DNA of 64,000 nt, taken from positions 1 through 64,000 of the forward strand of contig JBHLRP010000012.1 of assembly GCA_048882485.1 (NCBI GenBank), in the 5' to 3' direction. Below the pieces are notes generated by a model. That model had not been told where the DNA came from and did not search any database. It saw only the letters and a list, made by a program, of their open reading frames with translations. Shown piece by piece: positions 1-9,211 of this stretch (its first letter is position 1; each line of letters starts with the position of its first letter). Source of the DNA: Candidatus Thorarchaeota archaeon (GTDB taxonomy: Archaea > Asgardarchaeota > Thorarchaeia > Thorarchaeales > Thorarchaeaceae). The position numbers and the translations under genes are program-made.

Positions 1-233
1 AACAGGTGGGGCAATCTGGGAGAACAATCTGTCCAAAGCTGTACATTGCACTTGGGATTTCAGGGGCGATTCAGCATCTGGCCGGCTGTGGGAGTGCGGA
101 GATCGTGGTAGCCATCAATAAAGACCCTGAAGCTCCGATATTCGAGGTTGCAGACTTTGGGATTGTTGGTGACCTCTTCGAGGTTGTTCCTGCTATCATA
201 GAGGAGGTTAAGCACCTAAGAGCTGAGAGATAG
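1..233 (+). CDS. etfA: Electron transfer flavoprotein alpha subunit, C-terminal part (truncated by window edge)
   Basis: [44 protein letters not shown] is the ETF-alpha FAD-binding signature. Confidence 0.95.
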   Translation, partial: QVGQSGRTICPKLYIALGISGAIQHLAGCGSAEIVVAINKDPEAPIFEVADFGIVGDLFEVVPAIIEEVKHLRAER

Positions 234-347
234 ACATTTCTGGCGACCAAGTAGGCATAGGCCCCCCATCATCATTTTGGACTTTAATCATACAAAACCC
301 TATCTGCGCATTTACTCCAATTTTACTCAGAACATCACAATTCCACT

Positions 348-1766
348 ATGGCAATGGGGAGTTTAGACTTGGCTGATGAATTCATAGACTCCACGCAGAC
401 AGATGATGAACTGAATTCTGATCAAGTGCGCGAGATTGTCAATGATGTGTATCAGCGAGGGGGCCTTACTCCGCCATATGTAATTGACTTCAGTCAAAGA
501 GATGAATCAGAAACCGAAGTCAAAATCATTCTCAAGAACGAGTGTCTACACGTTGTTGCGTCAAATGAACCAGAATTGAAACGAGCAATTGGCCGATACC
601 TCACAGAAAGTACCTGGCCAAGGAGCGACTGGCTTTTGACAACAAGAGCCGGACTATACACTGCAGTCTGCTGTTTTCTTATGATTACATTGGCAGCTTT
701 TGCAGCAAGTGTTTCATACTTACTTCCTGAGATGGGTTATGGAGTAACCGTTTCAGCATCCTTCGTCATAGCAATTGTTGCGCTATGGTCGAGTCGCCAG
801 ATGGCCATCAAGAGATATGACCTACGTCGAGATTTCACGAATCAAATGGTTGAATTGGGCTGTATGACAGAGTACGATGCGCACGACTACGAGGATACTA
901 GTTCCTTCGCTGTACATGCAGGGTTCCTTCTCATTGCCCTCGGAGCAGTACTGGCTCTTGGATTAGCTATGCCATTTGATCTGGAGGCGATGTGGATAAT
1001 CCTCGTGGAGTTCGTGCTATTGCTTGTGGCGGCCCTAATCGTACTGTTCAAGTCAGCATTCAAATCAATTGATACAAATGTCTGCTACGAGGAAGTCGAT
1101 TCTGAAGGCGAAGCCGACCATGAGGCTATTGAGGATGAGGAAGACAACTTTGAGAATTCTGAGTATTTACAAGCTGCATATACAGACATCATAGAGCGAA
1201 TGAGTCTATGGGATTCCCTCAATGAAAAACACGAAGATGAGATTCAAGAAATCAATGCAAGATACTCAAAAACGCAGTATGCTCAATGTCGAGGTGTCTA
1301 TGATTACGTAGAGGAGGGTGTTCTCTTCATCGATGCGCTCGATATTAGCGAGGAAGCAGCAAAGCGGTTTGGGGCAGCTGTACTAGCCACAGGCTCGCTC
1401 CACTTCTATAGGAAGTTGAATTTCACTAGAAGGGCTATTCATGGCGTTGCCTTCTTCTTTGGCTTGGTCATGCTAATGGTGATACTGTTAGGCGGTTTCA
1501 TGATATCGATGGAGTTTGGGATTGTTTCACTTGTGGGCACGAGCATCGTCTTCTCAAAGCTCTGGCATACTGGCTGGAAGCAAAATGAGCAGGTTAGAAG
1601 AGACCTTCCGTTAGCACTCCAAGAAACTCGAGTCTTCAAAGACTATGAGCTCGAATTCTATCGCAATCATATGTTTTCGACAACATCTCGATTCGATTTT
1701 GGGTTCATAATTGGATTCCATTTGGTATTGATATTCATTGGGTACCTTGTTCTGATTTGGAGCTAG
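348..1766 (+). CDS. Hypothetical multi-pass membrane protein with acidic central linker
   Basis: 472-aa ORF with about 7 hydrophobic segments in two halves separated by an EEVDSEGEADHEAIEDEEDN linker. Confidence 0.75.
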   Translation: MAMGSLDLADEFIDSTQTDDELNSDQVREIVNDVYQRGGLTPPYVIDFSQRDESETEVKIILKNECLHVVASNEPELKRAIGRYLTESTWPRSDWLLTTRAGLYTAVCCFLMITLAAFAASVSYLLPEMGYGVTVSASFVIAIVALWSSRQMAIKRYDLRRDFTNQMVELGCMTEYDAHDYEDTSSFAVHAGFLLIALGAVLALGLAMPFDLEAMWIILVEFVLLLVAALIVLFKSAFKSIDTNVCYEEVDSEGEADHEAIEDEEDNFENSEYLQAAYTDIIERMSLWDSLNEKHEDEIQEINARYSKTQYAQCRGVYDYVEEGVLFIDALDISEEAAKRFGAAVLATGSLHFYRKLNFTRRAIHGVAFFFGLVMLMVILLGGFMISMEFGIVSLVGTSIVFSKLWHTGWKQNEQVRRDLPLALQETRVFKDYELEFYRNHMFSTTSRFDFGFIIGFHLVLIFIGYLVLIWS

Positions 1767-1973
1767 CACGGTTCAAACCATGCCCAAAATATCCCCGGAG
1801 CGCTATTTTCATCGCTCATAGATACATTTATTATAGTTAAGAACGACGAAAAGGCGCCCAAACTCCTGAAAACCGGCGCGAAACCCGTGTTTTGGGAGGG
1901 TTGCCTAGGATAGCCTTAAATGCAACTAGGGCTCATTTTACGCACACACTCGCCTTAGGGGTGTTGGAGAAAA

Positions 1974-2162
1974 ATGGCTAAGAAGAAATACCCAACCTTC
2001 TTTGTAAAGAGCGCCGTAAAGGCCTTTGCAAAAGACAAGAACATGATGGTGGGCAGCGATGCCTATGAAGCCATCAATAATGCAATCGGTGACATGCTCA
2101 CCGCCGCAGCTAGGCGCTGCATGGACAACAAGCGAAAGACTCTCAAGGCCTACGACCTGTAG
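1974..2162 (+). CDS. Archaeal histone-fold protein, short alpha3 (face-to-face/HTkC-like type)
   Basis: FVKSAVKAFAK..MVGSDAYEAIN..AARRCMDNKRKTLKAYDL contains the histone RxTxxxxD motif and ends right after it; GGAG SD upstream. Confidence 0.88.
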   Translation: MAKKKYPTFFVKSAVKAFAKDKNMMVGSDAYEAINNAIGDMLTAAARRCMDNKRKTLKAYDL

Positions 2163-2184
2163 ACTTTGAAGTGGTAGCTTAGAT

Positions 2185-2225
2185 CTGGGGGGCAACCTAG
2201 GTTGCCCCACCAGGTTTCTTCTTTT
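2185..2225 (+). terminator. Palindromic hairpin plus T-tract after histone gene
   Basis: ggggcaacctaggttgcccc (2189-2208) is a perfect palindrome flanked by ctgg/ccag and followed by tttcttctttt. Confidence 0.65.
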
Positions 2226-2339
2226 GATAGAATTTCTCCTCATGCGACCCTACGCCAAACTGTAAACGTAGAACAGAAAATTTAAATGTAATATAACCGA
2301 AGAAGAAAATGTAATAATGTACAGTTGGCGTGTTTGATA

Positions 2340-3245
2340 ATGACTGAAGAAATTGACGAAATGAAACGCGAACTTGAAGAGATTCGTAGAATAAAAGAAG
2401 AAATGAAGCGAGAGCTGCAGGAGGCCAAGCGAGAGCGTCTAGAGGCATCAAAACGAGAGAAGCTCAAGCATCCAAAGCCGCCCAAACCTCCAAAGCCCGC
2501 CAAAGCCCCAAAAGCTCCAAGAGCGCCACGCCGTGCTTCCATTGTGGACCTTAGAGGACTCACTGACAGTCTTGAGGATATGATGGTTGGTCTAGAAGAC
2601 TCCATACGGGAGTCGGTGAGGGGGCTAGAAGAGTTCGGAAGGGAATTCTCTGGACCCTATCTGCGTGCCAGAAAAAGCAAGAAAAGCAGGAAGAAGAGTG
2701 ACCGCGACATTGAAACAATCCCTCCTGAGCGAGTTGCCAAGATTGTCAGTCCGTTGGGGAGTGAGGAGCGTCTGAGAATACTGGATTTCCTGAAAGAGGG
2801 GGGACGCACCTTCAACGATCTTGAGATACATACCGGAAAGACTGGAAGCTCGCTCACACACCATCTCACTCCTTTGCTGGAAGCTGGGTACGTGATCAAG
2901 GGTGAAGTCCGTGGAACCTATTATGTGACAGTGGAAGGTCGACTGGCCTACCGTCTAGCACAATGGTTGACTAGCAAGGTTGAACGTCAACAAGAGAGGA
3001 CAGTAAACGGCAATGGTGAAGGTCCACTGAGAGTGGTTGTTGACACAGAAGACGACGGGTTCACTGTGAGACTGAATGACGAGATTGGCGGTGACGTCGA
3101 TGATGTAGAAGACGAGCTTCATGATCATGTTCAGGACGAGATTGACAAGTATCACGACAAGATGAACGAGTACCAAGATCAGCTAGATGATATTCAGGAC
3201 AAGATGGATGAGATTGAGGAGCAAGAAGAGGAGGAAGATTGGTAA
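2340..3245 (+). CDS. ArsR/SmtB-type winged-helix regulator with N-terminal coiled coil, Pro/Lys linker and acidic C-terminal coiled coil
   Basis: LGSEERLRILDFLKEGGRTFNDL..SSLTHHLTPLLEAGYV..RGTYYVT wHTH motif. Confidence 0.85.
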   Translation: MTEEIDEMKRELEEIRRIKEEMKRELQEAKRERLEASKREKLKHPKPPKPPKPAKAPKAPRAPRRASIVDLRGLTDSLEDMMVGLEDSIRESVRGLEEFGREFSGPYLRARKSKKSRKKSDRDIETIPPERVAKIVSPLGSEERLRILDFLKEGGRTFNDLEIHTGKTGSSLTHHLTPLLEAGYVIKGEVRGTYYVTVEGRLAYRLAQWLTSKVERQQERTVNGNGEGPLRVVVDTEDDGFTVRLNDEIGGDVDDVEDELHDHVQDEIDKYHDKMNEYQDQLDDIQDKMDEIEEQEEEEDW

Positions 3246-4009
3246 TGAAGAATCTGAAGTCTGAGGGTGCGGTGATGATTACTGAGGGTTCATATGAGCT
3301 AATCTCGATGGACAAAGCATTGTTGACCCTAACTGAGGGTGTTGCATGGGTCTACGTGGTCAACAATGGCGACAGAGTAGGCATAGCTTTTGCCGGTCCC
3401 AGTCGACTTGCAGTCGATGCAATAGCGGAAACAGATGCGGGAGCCGTGGGAAAATCAGTAGTGACTCGGCTTGAAGGACTGCAACTCTATTTGGGCGAAA
3501 CGCGAATTGAGAGGCTATCTGGAGAAGCGTCTGCTTCAGATTTAGCTGCTCTTGGATACGATGGTCCTGATGATTTTCTGAGTGGGGTTGATTCACTCAT
3601 CAAGGATAAAGTGAATGGCGACTCCAAGGTAAATATTGAGAACCAAGAATCCAAGGTCCTAATCGGCGCAGGGGAAGACAAGAAATCGATTGTGCTCGTG
3701 GTGGGGGATAGAAAGAATGACCTTGTGTTTACGTATGGAAAGAACGTGTTTGCGGTTGGTGATAATGAAATGGTTTCTGTAGACAAGTCTGGTGTGAGAA
3801 TCAAGGGAAAGCATAGCAAGACACTGTCCATAACAGAAGATGGAATCAGTGGACTTGAAGGTCTAGAGAACTTGGGCGAAACAATCGCCGAAGCAGTGAG
3901 TACTGCTATGAGCGGTCTTGCTAGCATCAAGCCCTTCAAATCGATAAAGGCTGTTCGATCAATCCCTCACGCTTGGGACAATGTAGACGACTTCGATTGG
4001 GATGATTAG
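3245..4009 (+). CDS. Hypothetical protein translationally coupled to the ArsR regulator
   Basis: TAATG overlap with the upstream stop; beta-rich ORF with acidic-aromatic C-terminus (WDNVDDFDWDD). Confidence 0.75.
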   Translation: MKNLKSEGAVMITEGSYELISMDKALLTLTEGVAWVYVVNNGDRVGIAFAGPSRLAVDAIAETDAGAVGKSVVTRLEGLQLYLGETRIERLSGEASASDLAALGYDGPDDFLSGVDSLIKDKVNGDSKVNIENQESKVLIGAGEDKKSIVLVVGDRKNDLVFTYGKNVFAVGDNEMVSVDKSGVRIKGKHSKTLSITEDGISGLEGLENLGETIAEAVSTAMSGLASIKPFKSIKAVRSIPHAWDNVDDFDWDD

Positions 4010-4034
4010 TACTATCTCCATTGCGATATTCAAA

Positions 4035-4060
4035 GGTCCTCGCCCTTCTTTGCGGGGGCC
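4035..4060. terminator. Hairpin between convergent genes
   Basis: ggtcctcgc...gcgggggcc inverted repeat. Confidence 0.45.
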
Positions 4061-4083
4061 GCTCACATCTCTTTCTTGTGGAC

Positions 4084-5892
4084 TCAGAACTTGACTTCTG
4101 CTGAATATTGCATTGCTCTTGGGCGGAGTTGCAATTCGTAGAGGGAGAAGTACGTTCCTTTCTTCGACATTAGTTCGGAATGGGTTCCCGTTTCTACGAT
4201 TTTCCCATCTTCAATAACCACAATTCTATCAGCATTGACTATTGTGGAAAGACGATGAGCGATGACAATAGAGGTTCTTCCACGAAGCAAGGTCTTCATG
4301 CCTTTCTGAATAGCATATTCAGTGTATACGTCAATTGAGCTCGTAGCCTCATCCAAGACTAGGACTTTTGGATTGGCCAGAAGTGCTCGTGCGAAACTCA
4401 CCAACTGACGCTCCCCCTCAGAGAGTCTACTGCCCCTTTCACCAACTTCTGTGTCAAAGCCCTCCTCTAGATTCTCAATCAGCCTCCCTGCACCAATTGT
4501 ATCAGTTGCTTCGATTATTTTCTCGTCGGTTGCCTCCGGACTTCCATATCGGATATTGTCCTTTACAGTTCCCATGAACAGGAAAGGATCCTGAAGCACG
4601 AGTCCAATCCTTCCTCGGAGTGACTCCTGAGTCACATCCCGAATATCAATGCCATCAATCTCGATGGCACCCTTCCAAATCTCGTAGAATCTGTTGAGAA
4701 GGCTGACCACTGTTGTCTTTCCAGCCCCAGTGTCACCTACGATTGCAATGGTTTCGCCTGGCTGTATCTCCAAGTTGAAGTTCTCAAGCACCGGGACGTC
4801 TTCAAGATAGCCAAAGTCGACATCTCTGAAAATGATATGTCCTTTCAGTTCAGGCAATTCTATTGCTCCGGGACTGTCCACGATGGTTGGCTGAGAGTCC
4901 AGAACTGTGAACACACGCTCCGCACCAGCGAAGGCACTCTGCACAGAGGTATAGAAATTGGCAATCATCAGAATTGGACGGAAGAACCTGTCACTAAATT
5001 GAATGAATAACACAACGGTGCCCAGCGTTATTGTTCCTGCGATTAAACGGTATCCACCTAGAAGAATGATAAGAAAGACTCCTAACCCGCCAATGAATCT
5101 GATAATCGGAAAGAAAGCAGCCATCGCCTTACCGGCATCGACATTGGATTGATAGTCTGATCTATTCAATTCGGCAAACTTCGTGACACTTCGGCTTTCC
5201 CTTGCAAAGCTCTTCGTCACCTTTGCTCCAGAGATACTCTCTGCAAGATTGGAGGTAACACTAGATATCGTCTTGCGTGTTCTTCTATATGCATCTCTCA
5301 GTCTCTTCCGAAAGTATATCGTGGTAATCAGTAGGATGGGAACAACTGCAAGAGATGCAATAGCCAGCTCGGTGTCTACAGTGAATATGACTCCACCAAT
5401 AACAAACACGATGAAAATCTGAGCAAATGTGCTGATTAGGCCTCCACTCAGAAGCTCACTCATTCTGTCCACATCGTTGATGAGGCGAGAGATGATTCGA
5501 CCGGATGACGACTTATCATAGAAGTCCTGGGACATTCTCTGCAGGTGTTGATACAAATCCTGTCTCATCTTGAAGATGGCCTTCTGTCCCATGAGCGACA
5601 TGAGATATTCGAATCCATATGTACTAAGCCAGACTGCCAACTGCAGTGCAACATAGAACCCTGCGGTGAGAAGAAGAGCGTTGAGGTTGCCGCTTGGAAA
5701 ATCGACATCTATTGTGTGCTGAAGTACGAATGGCAACCAAGTGCTAAGTGCAATGCTCAGGGCCACAAGTATTGACACTGCAATAAACATCCCACGATAG
5801 ACAAGTAGATACTTGACCATTCTTGTAAGCAAGGTTCCATCTGAGTATGCATAGGTCCTTTCCTCATCGTCTGCGACCATATGCCCACTCAT
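4084..5892 (-). CDS. ABC exporter (type IV, TMD-NBD fusion), heterodimer subunit B
   Basis: 6 TM; Walker A GDTGAGKT, signature LSEGERQ, Walker B VLVLDEAT, IAHRL. Confidence 0.95.
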   Translation of the reverse strand: MSGHMVADDEERTYAYSDGTLLTRMVKYLLVYRGMFIAVSILVALSIALSTWLPFVLQHTIDVDFPSGNLNALLLTAGFYVALQLAVWLSTYGFEYLMSLMGQKAIFKMRQDLYQHLQRMSQDFYDKSSSGRIISRLINDVDRMSELLSGGLISTFAQIFIVFVIGGVIFTVDTELAIASLAVVPILLITTIYFRKRLRDAYRRTRKTISSVTSNLAESISGAKVTKSFARESRSVTKFAELNRSDYQSNVDAGKAMAAFFPIIRFIGGLGVFLIILLGGYRLIAGTITLGTVVLFIQFSDRFFRPILMIANFYTSVQSAFAGAERVFTVLDSQPTIVDSPGAIELPELKGHIIFRDVDFGYLEDVPVLENFNLEIQPGETIAIVGDTGAGKTTVVSLLNRFYEIWKGAIEIDGIDIRDVTQESLRGRIGLVLQDPFLFMGTVKDNIRYGSPEATDEKIIEATDTIGAGRLIENLEEGFDTEVGERGSRLSEGERQLVSFARALLANPKVLVLDEATSSIDVYTEYAIQKGMKTLLRGRTSIVIAHRLSTIVNADRIVVIEDGKIVETGTHSELMSKKGTYFSLYELQLRPRAMQYSAEVKF

Positions 5893-7799
5893 TCATTGAT
5901 TCCCCCTGTGGTGCCTTCTAATGTGGGTGAAATGGCCGCCATCTCAGCCAAAGTCCCATGGATGTTCGCGTAGAACCCTCCAAGTGCGAGCAGATCTTCA
6001 TGTGACCCCATCTCTACTATGTGGCCTCTCTCCATCATCACAATCAGGTCTGCATTTCTAATAGTGCTAAGCCTATGCGTAATGATGAAGGTTGTACGTC
6101 CAACCATGAGATTCTCCAGCGCCTGTTGTATCATCATCTCTGTCTTCGCATCGACTGAGCTTGTCGAATCATCCAGAATCAGTATTCTGGGGTTTGCGAG
6201 TAACGCTCTGGCAATGGCTATCCTCTGTTTCTGCCCTCCTGAAAGAGTTACACCCCGTTCTCCAATCTCTGTTTCATACCCCTCTTCCAGTGTCATGACG
6301 AAGTCATGAATCATGGCGGCCTTGGCAGCTGTTTCAACCTCCTCAAGGGTAGCTTCAGGCCTACCGAAAGATATGTTCTCACGGATGCTTGCAGAAAAGA
6401 GAAACGGATCCTGATGTACCATTCCTATGGATTTCCTGAGCTGGTCAATCCTCATTTCACGGACATCAATTCCATCAACTTGAACTCTGCCTGGGGGCTT
6501 TACAGGAAACGTCTCTCCTTCAATCTCCACTGAGTCTTCTACGATTCTATAGGTCTGTTCTCCAATCTTCACAGTGCCCTTATGACCTGCCAGATAGGAG
6601 CGGCCTTGAAAACTCACAGTTCCATGATCATCTACATCATAGAACCTTGGAATCAGATTGATTAGACTGGTCTTCCCTGAACCGGTTCCTCCAAGCAGGG
6701 CAATCACTTGACCCGGTTTGACATGGAGGTTTACATCACGAAGGATGTAGTTGCCTCCACGATAGCTGAAGAAGACATCATCAAAGTCCACTTGCCCAGC
6801 AATCTCATCGATTTTTACAGGGGTTTCTGGATTCATGATTTCATCGCGATGGTCTAGAATGTAGAATGTCCGCTCACCTGCAGCAGACGCTCTCTGAAAC
6901 ATTCCCACACCCCATGATAGGAATCTTGCTGGGAGGATTAGCATGCCAACCAAGGACAGGAACCCAACAAAGACACCATAGGATAGGTCTCCTAGGATGA
7001 AAGAATACCCTCCTAGATAGATGAGAACACCCGTTGTCACTCCAAAGACAGTAGGCAGAAGCGGCCGATAAAAAGACAAAAGTCGTAGCGCCTCAACCCG
7101 AAGCTCGAGAAAGCCTCTGTTTTCCTTCTCAACTCTCTCAAATTCTCTATCGCTAGCAGCATATGATTGAACAACTTTCATCCCGACTATGTTTTCAGTT
7201 AGGACTGAGCTGAGAACGCCATATTGGCTTCGTGCCTCATAGAAAACAGGTCTCACCTTCTTGGAGAACACAGCTATGAAGATTGCAGTGAACGGGATTA
7301 GAAGAAACATGAACATAGTCAGTTGTGTATCGAGGGACCACATGACCAAGTATGTTCCTACCAGCGTGGCGATGCCGATGAAAATGACACGGTATCCCCA
7401 GAACAGAAACTCACGCATTGTTGTCACATCTGTCGTGACTCTGGCAAGCAGTTGTCCCGTTTCGTTCTCGTCATAGAATGCAAGGTCTTTCTCCATCAGG
7501 GAGTCATAAAGTTCCTCTCTTAGGTCATAGATGACATGTTGTGCCATTAGTGCAGCCACATATCGCCCGACCATGTCAAACAACATGTAACATGCAGTGA
7601 GGGAAACATAGAGCACGGCGAGCGCGACCAGTTCATTCCCACTAATTGATGGCACAGGTATCAGTGAATCGATTATCTGGACGAGAACAAGCGGGGATAT
7701 GACGTTGAATATGGTCCCGACTCCGGCTGCAGCAAGAAAGCCGAAGAAGTGGCCACGATGCTTTAGGGCGTACCCTGTGAGTCGTGAAACATATCCCAT
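5889..7799 (-). CDS. ABC exporter (TMD-NBD fusion), heterodimer subunit A with degenerate Walker B and an NBD insertion
   Basis: GGTGSGKT, LSGGQKQ, ILILDDST (D replaces the catalytic E); 4-nt overlap with partner gene. Confidence 0.95.
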   Translation of the reverse strand: MGYVSRLTGYALKHRGHFFGFLAAAGVGTIFNVISPLVLVQIIDSLIPVPSISGNELVALAVLYVSLTACYMLFDMVGRYVAALMAQHVIYDLREELYDSLMEKDLAFYDENETGQLLARVTTDVTTMREFLFWGYRVIFIGIATLVGTYLVMWSLDTQLTMFMFLLIPFTAIFIAVFSKKVRPVFYEARSQYGVLSSVLTENIVGMKVVQSYAASDREFERVEKENRGFLELRVEALRLLSFYRPLLPTVFGVTTGVLIYLGGYSFILGDLSYGVFVGFLSLVGMLILPARFLSWGVGMFQRASAAGERTFYILDHRDEIMNPETPVKIDEIAGQVDFDDVFFSYRGGNYILRDVNLHVKPGQVIALLGGTGSGKTSLINLIPRFYDVDDHGTVSFQGRSYLAGHKGTVKIGEQTYRIVEDSVEIEGETFPVKPPGRVQVDGIDVREMRIDQLRKSIGMVHQDPFLFSASIRENISFGRPEATLEEVETAAKAAMIHDFVMTLEEGYETEIGERGVTLSGGQKQRIAIARALLANPRILILDDSTSSVDAKTEMMIQQALENLMVGRTTFIITHRLSTIRNADLIVMMERGHIVEMGSHEDLLALGGFYANIHGTLAEMAAISPTLEGTTGGINE

Positions 7800-7880
7800 T
7801 TCCTGTGCCCGTTCGATTCCAGTTTCAGGACCATGATAAGAGTTGCGCTAGGAAAGACAATCATCTATCTCTTAATGATG

Positions 7881-8300
7881 CTATTTGCAGTTCTCAGCCA
7901 GCTTTCTGCCAAGTTCTTTGCAAGCCTCAATACCAGTATCATCTGGATAGTCCTTCATTCTCAACGGGCTATCAACAAGCGCTCCTCCAAGTGATTCAAG
8001 CTGCTGTCCAATTACCCCCGGCGCTTCCCCACTCCAGCCATAGGACCCAAATGCCGCAACCGGTTTTCCATCAAGTGGTTGCAGTTCAGAGAGGATTTGG
8101 CGAACCTTTGGTAAAGGTCTTTTCATCCTAGTGGATGCACCTACCGCCAATGCACATGCATCTCCCAATTCCTTGAAACCTGTTGCGTTGATTAGATCGC
8201 AATCTGCGCCTGAAGATTTCACACCTTCGCAGATGGCATCAGCCATTGCTTTTGTTCGGCCTCTAGTGCTCTCATAGACGACAACAATACGCATCATCAA
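7881..8300 (-). CDS. Flavodoxin-like protein
   Basis: VVYESTRGRTKAMA FMN loop; AFGSYGWSGEA. Confidence 0.9.
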   Translation of the reverse strand: MMMRIVVVYESTRGRTKAMADAICEGVKSSGADCDLINATGFKELGDACALAVGASTRMKRPLPKVRQILSELQPLDGKPVAAFGSYGWSGEAPGVIGQQLESLGGALVDSPLRMKDYPDDTGIEACKELGRKLAENCK

Positions 8301-8397
8301 TCATCTCTGGGAGAATCAGAACACAACAAAAGGCTTCTGAACCGGCAACATCAATGAACCTAGGTGTGTCTTCATATATGGGACTGGTCTGTTTTCT

Positions 8398-9084
8398 ATG
8401 AGTGATACTGTGTCAATTGGTTCTGAAAATCGGCGGAAAGTCAATGCTGTCTGCAAGCTGCTAATTCGGGAATATGGCGACATCATTGTCGAACGCGTAT
8501 TGGATCCTCTTGAGGAATTGGTCTATGCTATTCTGTCTCAGAACACTACCGATGTCAATTCAGAACGCGCTTTCAGCTCGCTACGGGCCTCATATGCCAC
8601 TTGGGAAGAAGTCCTAGAAGCACCACACAGCGAGCTCGCTCAAGTCATAAGATCTTCTGGCCCATTTAGAGTCAAGGCAGAGAGGATTCAGTCAACCCTC
8701 GCAGAAATAAAGAAGCGAGTTGGATCGCTTGATCTTTCATTGCTCAAGGACATGGAAACCTCTGAAGCAATGCATTGGCTAACATCTCTACACGGAGTGG
8801 GGCCCAAGACAGCTGCTATTGTCCTATTGTTTTGCTTCGAAAAACCAGTTCTGCCGGTGGACACCCATGTATGGAGAGTGTCGAAAAGACTGGGATTAGT
8901 ACCCAGCAATGCTACAAGAGTGAAAGCACAAGATATGCTGCAAGATATCATTCCATTGTCCTGCCTCTATTCAATGAATCACAATCTTGTGAGGCATGGC
9001 AGGGAAGTCTGTATTGCTAGAACGCCACGATGCACAGATTGCTTTCTGCAGAAACACTGTAGATATTTCGTAACCCTACATTGA
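8398..9084 (+). CDS. nth: Endonuclease III (HhH-GPD DNA glycosylase, 4Fe-4S)
   Basis: ILSQNTTD, LHGVGPKTA, PVDTHV, C-x6-C-x2-C-x5-C (CIARTPRCTDCFLQKHC). Confidence 0.92.
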   Translation: MSDTVSIGSENRRKVNAVCKLLIREYGDIIVERVLDPLEELVYAILSQNTTDVNSERAFSSLRASYATWEEVLEAPHSELAQVIRSSGPFRVKAERIQSTLAEIKKRVGSLDLSLLKDMETSEAMHWLTSLHGVGPKTAAIVLLFCFEKPVLPVDTHVWRVSKRLGLVPSNATRVKAQDMLQDIIPLSCLYSMNHNLVRHGREVCIARTPRCTDCFLQKHCRYFVTLH

Positions 9085-9211
9085 TATCTGAAGACTACTT
9101 CCCTTCATTATCCAGAAAGCATGGAGCACCATCATATCAACACCTTAAAATGCGACCGAATTTCATCGCCCGCGCATTGAGCAGGAACCAGAATCGGAGT
9201 GAAACTAAAAC

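Noticed and set aside
6492-6626. Intein in the ABC ATPase
   Set aside because: Too short; no N-terminal C/S or C-terminal HN motif
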